The notes under the pieces are model-generated. The model was not told the origin of the DNA, made no database searches, and saw only the letters and a program-made list of their open reading frames with translations. A stretch of 64,000 nt of DNA from Candidatus Bathyarchaeia archaeon (GTDB lineage: Archaea > Thermoproteota > Bathyarchaeia > Bathyarchaeales > Bathycorpusculaceae): the NCBI GenBank assembly GCA_050010755.1, contig JBEKKK010000001.1:1280001-1344000 (forward strand), written 5' to 3'. Below are positions 1-9,725 of the stretch, piece by piece (position 1 is the first letter of the stretch; every line of letters starts with the position of its first letter). The translations under genes were made by a program, and so were the position numbers.

Positions 1-500
1 AGCACGAGTCTTCCTTTCAGGTTCCCGCCAAAATGCTCTTTTGCAACAGCAGCCATCGTTTCATAGGTTCCCTGCAGAATCCCCTGCGTTCCGATGTAAG
101 CCCAGGATCCAGCCGTCATCTGCCCGTACATGATCAAGCCTTTCTGCTCCAACTCGTAGAAGTAGTCCCAAGTGGCCCATTTCGGCACAAGCATCGAATT
201 AACGATCAAGCCCCTCGGAGCCCATGTGTGCGTCTTGAAAACGGCAACGGGTTTTCCGCTCTGGATCAGCATGGTTTCGTCGGGCTCAAGCTCAGTAAGA
301 GTCTCGACTATCCGGTCAAAACACTCCCAGTTCCGACAAGCTTTTCCAGTACCGCCGTAGACAACGAGTTTTTCAGGATCCTTACCCACGTCCGGGTCAA
401 GAACGTTGCAGAGCATGCGCAGCATACCTTCAATCTGCCAATTCCTGCAGTGCAGTTCTTGCCCCGTCAAACAGTGAACAGGCTTCTCTAGCTCAACCAA
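1..500 (-). CDS. hutU: Urocanate hydratase, 5' part (runs off window start)
   Basis: Hand translation from TTG at 500: [58 protein letters not shown]...[28 protein letters not shown], the HutU signature motifs. Not in the ORF track because it is truncated. Confidence 0.95.
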   Translation of the reverse strand, partial: MVELEKPVHCLTGQELHCRNWQIEGMLRMLCNVLDPDVGKDPEKLVVYGGTGKACRNWECFDRIVETLTELEPDETMLIQSGKPVAVFKTHTWAPRGLIVNSMLVPKWATWDYFYELEQKGLIMYGQMTAGSWAYIGTQGILQGTYETMAAVAKEHFGGNLKGRLV

Positions 501-919
501 CAGGGTTCACCATGAACCAAGAATGTTGACGGCGCACTTTAATTCTTTGCCCAAAATGATCGTGTTAATTTATCGCGGGTGGTTGTTGGTGTTAACAGTC
601 GTCAAGTCAATCCTACGTTCTGTAAATTCGGCTCTGTCAAATCTTTTTCGAGCCATCTCTTGCATGAAAATTCGTCAAACCTATTAGTGAAGCGATACTG
701 AGGTTTTTTCCTTATGCCAATTTTTGAAACTCGCATGGTTCAATCTCTCGGTTTTTCATAACCGTTCTGAACTCTTTGGTCCAAATCCCTAGAGACTTCA
801 ACCCAAGAAGAAACGAATCTGACAGGGCTCAGTTCGCTCGAATCTCGCTACTAGCGCGCGTTAGTCAGTTGAAGAGACGAGATTCTGTTAATTCATCTGC
901 GAGGTTAGCGTCTGTTGCA

Positions 920-1470
920 TCACTGGTTAGTCGTCGTCGCTGTTTCAGAACTGCGCCTGCGGATTCTCATCTCTTCTGTCAGAATCCAGGTGCTGCCCCC
1001 GTCGTGTGTTTCCTCCGAGTGCCACCTGAAAGATCCGGGCTTGATTTCTGAAAAGACCCAGCGCTCTGGATAGCCATCTTTGTAACTCCCTCAAGGACGA
1101 TATCTCTCCCCACCTGCCGCGCCACGAATGTTTGGACCGAACGGAGTAGCACAGATATCGAGGTGCTGTGCCAGGCGTCGATCGAAGGATCGTAAACCCT
1201 TATTGTGGTACCCACAGGAATGGCTTTCTTGGAGTGCTCGTCATACGTCATCCACACATCCTGTACAGCCCTGCCGTTGAGGATCCACCCGAAATGGACC
1301 TCGCCACCTTTCTTGAAAACGACTCCGCTGGGGCTTGGGCTCTTGACGCCAACGATATCCCAATCACCCACGAACCGACCGAAGAGCATCAGTTTGGCTT
1401 TGAACTCAGGATACGGACCATTAGAGAAAAGCCCTTCGATACTCCTCTGTCCGCCGCTTTTGTCTTTCAG
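920..1470 (-). pseudogene. Frameshifted hypothetical beta-barrel-like protein
   Basis: ORF 979..1389 (LFGRFVGDW...GEVHFGWILNGRAVQDVW...GTTIRVYDP) loses protein-like character after LEGVTK. A shifted frame from ~1079 continues DGYPERWVFSEIKPGSFRWHSEETHDGGSTWILTEEMRIRR to TGA at 920-922. An in-frame upstream extension reaches a CTG at 1470. Confidence 0.7.
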
Positions 1471-1587
1471 TCAATCGACGCCGCCAATAAGTGTAAGCGC
1501 TCGCGCGCTATAATTTGCAGATACTATCTGAACTACTATAACTTTTGCTGTCCTAAACAGACTGCGCGCGCTTTACTCTAGGTTCTT

Positions 1588-3621
1588 CTAGCTTTGGCTT
1601 GTTTTCACAGCTTTCTTTTTGTAGATTATGGCTGCTAGTAGTGTTAATAGCATGAAAAGCATCGTGGCTTGAATCCATGGAAACTCTGGAACCACTACTA
1701 TTGGAACCGTAAGCGGGTAATGGTCAGTATTGTGTGTGTCGATTACGTAAGGCGTGTTCCAGACGCCGTCTGTTTCGGTGGCGTTCGGATACTTTGTCAG
1801 ATAGTCGCTCCAGTAGTTGCCCAAGCCTCCACTATCCCAAATGTTAGTTGAGTTTGAAGAAGAAACTTGGCTGGTGTTGTTTATGAAGTTGTTATGGTAG
1901 ATTGTGTTGTTAGAAGAAGAATCGAGATAGATGCCATCATAGGTGTTTGCTGCTATGTTGTTCCCGTTCAGGTTGTTATTGGCAGAAGAATAGAGATACA
2001 TGCCATCAAAGTTGTTTGTTATGTTGTTTCCGCTTAATCTGTTATTAGAAGAAGAATCGAACAAGATGCCAACCCTGTTGCTTGTTAAGCTATTTCCGCT
2101 CACATTGTTGTTATTAGAAGAAGACTCGAGCACGATGCCAGTAGAGTTGCCTAATATGTTGTTTCCTGTTATGTTGTTCGCGTTCAGGCTGTTATTAGAA
2201 GAAGAATAGAGATAGATGCCATCATAGGTGTTTGCTGTTATGTTGTTTTCGCTAATGGTGTTGTTTGAAGTGTTCTCGAGGAAGGTGCCATATTGAAAGT
2301 TCTCTATGTTTGTGTTTTCGATTGTTATGTTGTTTCTGTTAGATAGGTCTATTCCGTTTCCAGTTCCATCTCCTTGAATCGTGAATCCAGCTCCGTTCAG
2401 AACGATATTGTCCCTCTGCACAACGATTGACTCAATGATGATGTTGGCTGTAAACGTGTAAGTGATATTGTCAACAGTCGTAATCGGTGCTGTTGACGGG
2501 CTTATGCTTCCGTCAGCATTGATGGTAATGGGTCCGCCCTCATATGGAACCCAAAGTTGCATGAGTGGATAATAGTCGGTATTGTTTGCGTCAATGACAT
2601 ATGAAGTGTTCCAGACGCCGAAGCCGTCAACTTTAGTGGCGTTCGGATACTTTGTCAGATAGTCGCTCCAGTAGTTGCCCAGGCCTCCACTATCCCAAAT
2701 GTTAGTTGAGTTTGAAGAAGAAACTTGGCTGGTGTTGTTTATGAAGTCATTATGGTAGATCATGTTGTCAGAGGATGAGTAGAGCTCAATGCCATTCCCG
2801 TTTTTTACAACGTTGTTGCCAGACAACGTGTCACCAGAGGCAGAGTAGAGCTTAATGCCATATCCGTTGTTTGCAACGTTGTTGCCAGACAAAGTGCAAT
2901 TATAAGAAGATTCGAGCAAAATGCCAATGTTGCTGTTTGCCGTGACGTTGTTGCCAAACAATGTGTTGTTAGAAGCAGAGCTGAGCACAATGCCATCATT
3001 ACTGCTTGCCGTAACGTTGTTGCCCGACAAAGTGTTGTTATCAGACGATTGTTGGAGCCAAATGCCATACCGGTTGTTTACGACAGTGTTGTCAGAAAAA
3101 GCGTTACCAGGGGAAGAGTCGAGCCAAATGCCATACGCGTTGTTTACGACGGTGTTGCCAGAAAAAGCATTATTAGAAGAAGATTGGAGTTGAATGCCTT
3201 GTCCGTTGTTTACGACGGTGTTGCCAGAAAAAGTGTTACCGGAAGAAGAGCCGAGCAAAATGCCCCAGGTAAAGTTCGTTAAAATCAGGTTTGTTACTGT
3301 CACGTTGCTTATGTTCGTCATGGTCGTTATTCCGCTCTCGTTTCCGCCTCCGGTCACAGTGTAGCCTGCCCCGTTTAAAACAATGTTGTCTCTTTCAATC
3401 ACAATTCCACCAGTATTGGCGGCGGTGATGTTGATGTTGCCAGTTAAAGTGTATGTGATATTGTCTGCTGTATAGATGGGAGCAGTTGACGGCGTTATGC
3501 TCCCGTCTGCATTTATGTAAATGGGTGCAACATCAGCCTTGACTATCTGAATCAACCCAGTTATTGACGATACGGAAAGCAAACACAGAATTATAATCGA
3601 AACAAAAACAACTCTGTTCAT
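1588..3621 (-). CDS. Secreted NosD/CASH-type parallel beta-helix surface protein, two tandem modules, PEF-CTERM-like tail
   Basis: Signal peptide, 22-aa GIxLxxSSxNxxxGNxxxxN coils, two GNYWSDY...DxYPL module ends, C-terminal VPEFP + TM helix + KKK. Confidence 0.9.
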   Translation of the reverse strand: MNRVVFVSIIILCLLSVSSITGLIQIVKADVAPIYINADGSITPSTAPIYTADNITYTLTGNINITAANTGGIVIERDNIVLNGAGYTVTGGGNESGITTMTNISNVTVTNLILTNFTWGILLGSSSGNTFSGNTVVNNGQGIQLQSSSNNAFSGNTVVNNAYGIWLDSSPGNAFSDNTVVNNRYGIWLQQSSDNNTLSGNNVTASSNDGIVLSSASNNTLFGNNVTANSNIGILLESSYNCTLSGNNVANNGYGIKLYSASGDTLSGNNVVKNGNGIELYSSSDNMIYHNDFINNTSQVSSSNSTNIWDSGGLGNYWSDYLTKYPNATKVDGFGVWNTSYVIDANNTDYYPLMQLWVPYEGGPITINADGSISPSTAPITTVDNITYTFTANIIIESIVVQRDNIVLNGAGFTIQGDGTGNGIDLSNRNNITIENTNIENFQYGTFLENTSNNTISENNITANTYDGIYLYSSSNNSLNANNITGNNILGNSTGIVLESSSNNNNVSGNSLTSNRVGILFDSSSNNRLSGNNITNNFDGMYLYSSANNNLNGNNIAANTYDGIYLDSSSNNTIYHNNFINNTSQVSSSNSTNIWDSGGLGNYWSDYLTKYPNATETDGVWNTPYVIDTHNTDHYPLTVPIVVVPEFPWIQATMLFMLLTLLAAIIYKKKAVKTSQS
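1778..1902. repeat. Near-identical intragenic repeat, copy 1 (copy 2 at 2636-2760)
   Basis: ~125 bp encoding YHNxFINNTSQVSSSNSTNIWDSGGLGNYWSDYLTKYPNAT; 3 mismatches by eye. Confidence 0.9.
2636..2760. repeat. Near-identical intragenic repeat, copy 2
   Basis: Direct comparison with 1778-1902. Confidence 0.9.
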
Positions 3622-3728
3622 CCGTTGTCACTTCCGCAAATAATTTATGGGATTGATTGAATCAGTTCTTATGGTTTGTGGAAGAATCCTCAGCGCGTGT
3701 GCAATGAGAATAGGGCACGACGACGCGT

Positions 3729-5057
3729 TCACATTTTCTGTTCTTCTAGAAGTCGAAAGTCGCCGCGACTTGCTTCTTTATCAATCACGATTCTTCCGTT
3801 CTTAATAACCTTGTCAACCAGGTTAACTCCGAATCGGTAGCCGAGAAACTTGTGGTTGGGCACGTCGAGGACGATGACATCAGCCTTCTTTCCCAATTCC
3901 AAGCTGCCGACCTCGTTTGCCCGGCTCACGGCGTGAGCGGCGTTAATCGTAGTTGCCGTAATAGCTTCGGCAGGCGTCATTTTCATACAGTGACAGGCGA
4001 GCCCTATGACCAGTTGCTGATTTTCAACCCAGCAGTTCGGGTTAAAATCCGTACCCAAAGCCACGGGGACTCCACAGTCAATCATTTTGCGGGCATCGGC
4101 GTACCGGTTGGTCATTAGGCTGAAAGCTGCCGCGGGCAGCAGAATCGCTGCCACGCCTTTTTCGGCCATCGCCTTGATGCCCTGATCGGAGGAGAAGAGC
4201 AGGTGATCTGCAGAAGCCGCTCCGATGTCTGCCGCGAGTTCTGCCCCGCCCAGGCGGCTCATCTCGTCCGCGTGAACCTTGGGCTTCAGGCCTGAGCTCT
4301 TGCCCGTGCTCAGGATGCGCCTGGTCTGTTCAAGGCCGAACACTCCTTTCTCGCAGAACACGTCACAGAACTCTGCCAGTCCCTTCTCTGCCACTTTGGG
4401 GATCATCTCCTCGGTGACCAGATTAACGTAGCCTTGCAGGTTGTTTTCGAATTCGGGGGGAACAGCATGGGCCCCGAGAAACGTTGGAACTATGTCCACG
4501 CTGTGCAGCTGATTCAACCGTTTGACAACTTCCAACATCTTGAGCTCATCTTTGGTCGTCAGACCGTAGCCGCTCTTGGCTTCAACAGTCGTCGTTCCGT
4601 GCTCCAACATCGCATCCAAGGTTTCGGTGCCATTTTCGACGAGTTTCTCGAAACTCGCCTTTCTGGTCTCTCTGACCGTTTTCAGAATGCCGCCGCCCGC
4701 CTCGAGGATTTCCATGTAAGAGGCACCCGTCATTCGCAATTGAAACTCGTCTTCCCGTGAACCGGCAAACACAAGATGGGTGTGAGGGTCAACGAAGCCG
4801 GGAAGAACGATTTTCCCGTTTACACTCACGACGTTTTCAGCCTTGTAAGTTTTCGTGATGTCCGCGGTTTTTCCCACAGCGACGATTCTTCCATCCTTGA
4901 CTGCCAAGCCTCCGTCGCGCACTATTCCAAGCTCCTGCATCTGCTTTCCAGTGCGCGGCTTCTGAGATTCGCTTGAAAGCGTGACAAGCTCATTCGCGTT
5001 TACGACGAGCAGGTCCAGTTTTTCCCGTGGCCTTGTCTTCACTGATCTTCTACTCAA
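3729..5057 (-). CDS. hutI: Imidazolonepropionase
   Basis: PGFVDPHTH, GGGILKTV, EAKSGYGL, FCDVFCE, KVHADE, ALGTDFNP motifs. Confidence 0.95.
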   Translation of the reverse strand: MSRRSVKTRPREKLDLLVVNANELVTLSSESQKPRTGKQMQELGIVRDGGLAVKDGRIVAVGKTADITKTYKAENVVSVNGKIVLPGFVDPHTHLVFAGSREDEFQLRMTGASYMEILEAGGGILKTVRETRKASFEKLVENGTETLDAMLEHGTTTVEAKSGYGLTTKDELKMLEVVKRLNQLHSVDIVPTFLGAHAVPPEFENNLQGYVNLVTEEMIPKVAEKGLAEFCDVFCEKGVFGLEQTRRILSTGKSSGLKPKVHADEMSRLGGAELAADIGAASADHLLFSSDQGIKAMAEKGVAAILLPAAAFSLMTNRYADARKMIDCGVPVALGTDFNPNCWVENQQLVIGLACHCMKMTPAEAITATTINAAHAVSRANEVGSLELGKKADVIVLDVPNHKFLGYRFGVNLVDKVIKNGRIVIDKEASRGDFRLLEEQKM

Positions 5058-5970
5058 ACGTACCGCCTTTTTCGATGGCCTCTTGAACGGCTATTTCTAG
5101 GACGCGCTGCTCGGTCAGGTTGTCAACCTTCAAGTAGTACCCCGCGGTGTCGATTAGGGCCTTTAGCGGGGCCATGCCGCAGAATTCCGAACCCAAGATC
5201 GACACGTTGTAACGCGCACACTCAACCTTGAGAACTTCGAATACACGGTACAGCGGAGTTCTTTCGAAATCGCTTATGCTCATCCCGATTTGCGTGATGT
5301 TCTTCTCCGGAAGGAAGGCGGCCATCGCCTTGACGTTTGAGAACCCGCCCTTACTAGCATGCAAGGCCCGAGCTATCTTCCTGGCAACCTTCAAGTCTGC
5401 CGTCCCAATGTTAACGTTGAAGCCCGCCATGACCCTGCGCGCACCCGTTATCGTGGCGCCCGCGGTTGGATGAGGCTTCGCTGGCCCGAAGTCCGGCCTT
5501 CGCTCGGGTTTCGCAATCATCTCCCCAAGTCTCTCATAGTCCCCATCACGAATCCAATCCAAATCTCTCCGCTCATGCTTCAAAGAAGCGATACCATAAA
5601 GGTACACGGGCACGTGGCACTTTTCTGCAAGACTCTGGCCGAACCTCTTCGAGAGTTCGATACAGTCGTCAATTGTGACGTTTTTCAACGGAACAAACGG
5701 GACAACGTCAATTGCGCCGATTCGGGGGTGCTGGCCCTTGTGCTTTTTCATGTCAATCAGTTCCACAGCTTTGAAAGCCATTTTCAGCGCAGCCGCAAGC
5801 ACAGACTCTTCGTCTCCAACGAAAGAAACCACAAGTCTGTTGTAATAATCATCAAAAGAACAGTCGAGCAAAAATGCGTTCCTAGTTTTCCTAAGCTCCC
5901 CAAGAATGCTCTCCACAACTTCAGGATCTGAAGTGCTGAAGTTCGGCACGCACTCAACTAGGCCCGCCAT
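5050..5970 (-). CDS. ftcd: Glutamate formimidoyltransferase (stand-alone FT domain)
   Basis: LVECVPNFS, HPRIGAIDVVPFVP, PDFGP, HPTAGAT motifs; overlaps hutI. Confidence 0.93.
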   Translation of the reverse strand: MAGLVECVPNFSTSDPEVVESILGELRKTRNAFLLDCSFDDYYNRLVVSFVGDEESVLAAALKMAFKAVELIDMKKHKGQHPRIGAIDVVPFVPLKNVTIDDCIELSKRFGQSLAEKCHVPVYLYGIASLKHERRDLDWIRDGDYERLGEMIAKPERRPDFGPAKPHPTAGATITGARRVMAGFNVNIGTADLKVARKIARALHASKGGFSNVKAMAAFLPEKNITQIGMSISDFERTPLYRVFEVLKVECARYNVSILGSEFCGMAPLKALIDTAGYYLKVDNLTEQRVLEIAVQEAIEKGGTFE

Positions 5971-6250
5971 TCTTCTCCCACTCAGCTTCTAAAAGCGACG
6001 CAAACAAATAAGTGTATTTCGGGAAAAATCCAGAACCGAGACACAGTAACAAAAGAACGGGCCTACCCGCTAACCTCCAATTAGCTTCTTCTGTTGCTGT
6101 GCTAATGATTTCTTGACTTTTCGTAAACTGAACCCGAGCGCGCGCGTCGCGTGAACCTCGCCCAAACAACGACTGGGAGGCTGACCGTACGAGTTGCAGG
6201 ATTCTCAGAAGATTACCGGGATACTGCGAGAAAGGCCATTGCAAGGGACG

Positions 6251-7312
6251 TCAGATTGCTTTGACAATCTTGTATCCGGAGGCTCTTCTCAGCCTATTCA
6301 TAACCGCCAATCCAAGTCCTTCGAGAGGCACGCCTTCAGCCACAATGACGTCAACTCCTTCCATATCAAACTCCCTCAGACTGGCAAACAAGCTCCGAGC
6401 AATACTGCCCAAGTCACTTCTGCTTCCAACACACTTCACAACGCCAGTCTTGTAAGAACCGGCGGTTTCAGCAGTGCACAAAACCCCCACCTTGCTCCCC
6501 CTCCTTACATAATATGCTACCAACTCGTTCACTTTCTTCACAAGGGCAGGCAACTCGCCCTCAACCACGACCACGCAAGCATCGGGTGCGTAATGCTTAT
6601 GCTTCAATCCAGGCGAACGAACCGGCCCAGCGGGCACAGGCTTTTCAGCCGACACCGCCGGATTAAGAACCACACAGCCCAGAACCTCCTTCAACGCCTC
6701 AAACGGCGTTCCACCGGGCCGCAAAACCTCAGGAGGATCCACCGTCAGGTCCAAAACAGTAGACTCGACACCCACCGCCGTCGGACCAGCATCCAAAACT
6801 GCGTCAATCCTCCCGTTCAAATCATCCAAAACGTGCCTTGCTAAAGTTGGACTCGGCCTTCCCGCTAGGTTGGCGCTGGGCGCAGAAACTGGACAACCGC
6901 TCTCCCGAATCAACGCCAAGGCAACCTCGTGCCTGGGCATCCTCACAGCAACCGTATCTAAGCCGGCAACGGTCACGTCAGGTAAGGCCCTCGACCGCTT
7001 CAAAACCAAAGTCAGCGGCCCAGGCCAGAACAATTTCATCAGCGCCTCTGCCTTCGGCGGAACCTCCCTGGCAACCCTGCGAACATCCTCAACACCGCAC
7101 ACATGTACGATAGGTGGGTTATCTAGCGGGCGCTTCTTTGCCTCGAAAAGTGCCAAAACGGCCGAACCGTTCAAAGCGTCTGCCCCTAGCCCGTACACGG
7201 TCTCCGTCGGAAAGGCTACTAAACCGCCACGTCTGATGAGCCTTGCCGCGACACGAACCTTCTCGATGTCAGGGGTCTCGGGGTCGACCTTCAACAGCAC
7301 CGTTTTCTTCAT
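6251..7312 (-). CDS. sua5: L-threonylcarbamoyladenylate synthase (Sua5/TsaC with SUA5 C-domain)
   Basis: VAFPTETVYGLG, KKRPLDNP, WPGPLT, APSANLAGRPSPT, SPGLKHKHYAP. Confidence 0.95.
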   Translation of the reverse strand: MKKTVLLKVDPETPDIEKVRVAARLIRRGGLVAFPTETVYGLGADALNGSAVLALFEAKKRPLDNPPIVHVCGVEDVRRVAREVPPKAEALMKLFWPGPLTLVLKRSRALPDVTVAGLDTVAVRMPRHEVALALIRESGCPVSAPSANLAGRPSPTLARHVLDDLNGRIDAVLDAGPTAVGVESTVLDLTVDPPEVLRPGGTPFEALKEVLGCVVLNPAVSAEKPVPAGPVRSPGLKHKHYAPDACVVVVEGELPALVKKVNELVAYYVRRGSKVGVLCTAETAGSYKTGVVKCVGSRSDLGSIARSLFASLREFDMEGVDVIVAEGVPLEGLGLAVMNRLRRASGYKIVKAI

Positions 7313-7382
7313 CGGAAACGGTAGAATCGCACCTCAGCTTTTAAACCTCGCCAACGGGGAACACGAAAAAAGAAGAGCAGGC

Positions 7383-7937
7383 CTAGACGACGTATCGATC
7401 CATAATCTTCTTTATGCCCTTCGGCGGAGCCTGTTTTGCGGCTAGTTGCTTCAGTATCGACATGACCTGCGGCTGAAAACGAGCGATATCCGTCAAACTC
7501 ACCAGGCCTACGAGACGCTTCCCATCAACCACCGGTAACTTCTTGATTTTCATCTGAAACATCAACTTCACAGCCTCTCCCAAATCCATACTCGGCTCTG
7601 CCACGACAAGCGGGCTCGTCATCACATCCTTAACCTTCGTCTTCTTGGCATCCTTCGCACCCGCAACAATCCGCTTCAAGACATCCCTCTCCGTGAGAAT
7701 ACCCATAGCCTTTCCCTTCTTCACCGCGATCAAACAGCCAATCTCGAACTTGTTCATAACATCAACGGCCTCCTTAACCGTCACGCCATCATCAATCGTG
7801 ACGACTTCCTTCACCATCACGTCCTCAACTTTCAGGGAAATCTCGCCTTCCTTCTCTTCGGCTTCATCTTTAGGCAATGCAATCACCAACCCTTTATGAC
7901 ATGCCGATTTGAGTATATAAAACTCTGCAGCGTCCAC
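7383..7937 (-). CDS. CBS-pair domain protein (start may be TTG at 7877)
   Basis: Two CBS repeats (VEDVM...GILTERDV; VKDVMT...LPVVD...GLVSLTDI). Confidence 0.85.
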   Translation of the reverse strand: MDAAEFYILKSACHKGLVIALPKDEAEEKEGEISLKVEDVMVKEVVTIDDGVTVKEAVDVMNKFEIGCLIAVKKGKAMGILTERDVLKRIVAGAKDAKKTKVKDVMTSPLVVAEPSMDLGEAVKLMFQMKIKKLPVVDGKRLVGLVSLTDIARFQPQVMSILKQLAAKQAPPKGIKKIMDRYVV

Positions 7938-7942
7938 TGCGC

Positions 7943-9283
7943 CTACAGACCATGCAAGCCCCGCACAAGCGCCTCGGCATTCTTCGAAACTGGGATTCTC
8001 GCCCTCTCAAACTTTTCTCTAGGCTTAGCAAACGGCCTAGTCGCGTCAACACCCACTTTCGTAGTAGAACCCGTTTCTTGATCTGCGGAAGAGTCCAAAG
8101 TTGAGCCACGGACGTTGTTGACCACGAACAGATCCTTGCTGGCTTGGAACCTCGTGGCAATAGCCCACTCAACGCTGGAAGCATCGAACACGTCTATATC
8201 CGAATCCACTACAACTGCGTGCTTCAAACTTGGATGAGCAGCAAGAGCGGCCAACAAAACGTTCTTCCCATCTCCATCAAGCTGTTTTTCAACGGAAATC
8301 ACCGCGTGCAGCCATCCACATCCGCCCGCTGACAGGTTCACAGCATAAACTTTAGGCACGACCTTCGAGACCGCCTCCCAAATGAGCACCTCATGCGGGA
8401 CACCCATCAGAAGCCTATGTTCAGCCCCAGAAGGCAGAAGCCCGTGATAGAGATAATCCTCTCGCTGCCGCACCCCGACGACGGTGACGATTGGCTGCTT
8501 CCTCTGCACATCATAAGTACCCGTAACATCCACGAAAGGACCCTCAACAACTTCTTTCACAGCTGAGATCCTCCCTTCTAGCACCAGCTCCGCATCAGCT
8601 GGGGCACAGGCATCAACGTCTTCGCACTCAATCAGACGAAGCCCACCGTCCATCAGAGCGTTAGCAACGTCGAACTCGCAAACCCCGAAAGGAAGAGGAG
8701 ACGAAGCAGCCAGCATGACCGCAGGGTGGACGCCAATGGAAATTGCCACATCAAGATCCTTACCCGCTTCCTTCGCCATTCGCCACAGCTTAAAAAGATG
8801 CCGCGGAACCAGCCTAATCGCCAAATGATTTCTATCTAAGACCCGAAGACGATGTACGGAAACGTTCTCAACTTTTCCATCAACGTTTTTCGCATGAACG
8901 ACGCCCGAAGTGATGTACGGAGCTGCATCCCTTTCGAAGTGCGTCAAAATCGGAACACTCGACAGGTCAACAACCTTAACTTTTTTCGCGGCAGCATTTT
9001 CAACTACCTTGGGTTTCTTCGGCGAGTGCCAAGCCTTCATCAACGTTTCGCAGAGTCCGTCTTGATCGACGTCAAGCGCCCTGCATATCCTATTTCGCGT
9101 CCCGCAAACGTTAGCGACAACCCTCCTGTCGCTGCCCTTCACCTTTTCGAAGAGAAGAATCGGGCCATCCTTGTCAAATTCTTTCAAAACATGGGAGATT
9201 TCAAAACGAGGAGAAACTGCCTCTTTCACACGCAGAACCTCTCCTTCCCCCTCGGACTTCTCGATGAAGTCTCTGAGGCTCAC
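7943..9283 (-). CDS. ubiD: UbiD-family prFMN-dependent decarboxylase (possibly the anhydromevalonate-phosphate decarboxylase of the archaeal MVA pathway)
   Basis: NVSVHRL, AELVLEG, EGPFVDVTGTY, VEWAIATRFQ, GSTLD, KVGVDAT. The substrate is inference. Confidence 0.9.
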   Translation of the reverse strand: MSLRDFIEKSEGEGEVLRVKEAVSPRFEISHVLKEFDKDGPILLFEKVKGSDRRVVANVCGTRNRICRALDVDQDGLCETLMKAWHSPKKPKVVENAAAKKVKVVDLSSVPILTHFERDAAPYITSGVVHAKNVDGKVENVSVHRLRVLDRNHLAIRLVPRHLFKLWRMAKEAGKDLDVAISIGVHPAVMLAASSPLPFGVCEFDVANALMDGGLRLIECEDVDACAPADAELVLEGRISAVKEVVEGPFVDVTGTYDVQRKQPIVTVVGVRQREDYLYHGLLPSGAEHRLLMGVPHEVLIWEAVSKVVPKVYAVNLSAGGCGWLHAVISVEKQLDGDGKNVLLAALAAHPSLKHAVVVDSDIDVFDASSVEWAIATRFQASKDLFVVNNVRGSTLDSSADQETGSTTKVGVDATRPFAKPREKFERARIPVSKNAEALVRGLHGL

Positions 9284-9651
9284 GCCGTCACTCCCTCCCT
9301 CTGCGGTTCGTCATGAGCAACCTTGTCCAAGAGTTTCCTAAAAATCGACTGCGCCTGTCTCTCATCCATCGACTCCAAATAAACTGAAACAAGAGCTATC
9401 TTACCCTTCCTCTCAGCCAAGTTCTCAGCAAACATTCGAGCTGAAATCGCGTTCCTATCCCCCAGGAGAATCGAAGACGAAGGAGGTCCCAACATGTCCT
9501 TGGGTCTCGGAACAGCAATTGCCAGCGTCCCAAGCTTATCCACTCTTTCGCTCAACAGAACCAGACAGGAATTTTTGGCCTCCAAATAAACTTCGAGGAA
9601 ATGCACGTTCTGTTCGACAATCTCCTCCTTCACAACCCGCGCACGTTCCAT
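9280..9651 (-). CDS. PAC4/PSMG4-like (proteasome assembly chaperone 4-like) protein
   Basis: EQNVHF...LGTLAIAVP...PSSSILLGD...FAENLAERKGKIALVSVYL aligns by eye with human PSMG4 as recalled (EQLVHF...LRNLAVAM...PVSTSLLGD...LAQRLARKTNKQVFVSYNL). ATG at 9651 gives 123 aa. Confidence 0.6.
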   Translation of the reverse strand: MERARVVKEEIVEQNVHFLEVYLEAKNSCLVLLSERVDKLGTLAIAVPRPKDMLGPPSSSILLGDRNAISARMFAENLAERKGKIALVSVYLESMDERQAQSIFRKLLDKVAHDEPQREGVTA

Positions 9652-9725
9652 GCCCAAACCTCCAGCACTTATTAGAAGCTTCACATACTCACTATTTATC
9701 ACTTTCAAGAAATCGAGGCAATAAA

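Noticed and set aside
603-737. 44-aa minus-strand ORF MRVSKIGIRKKPQYRFTNRF...
   Set aside because: No recognisable motif or clear expression signals; may be a fragment.
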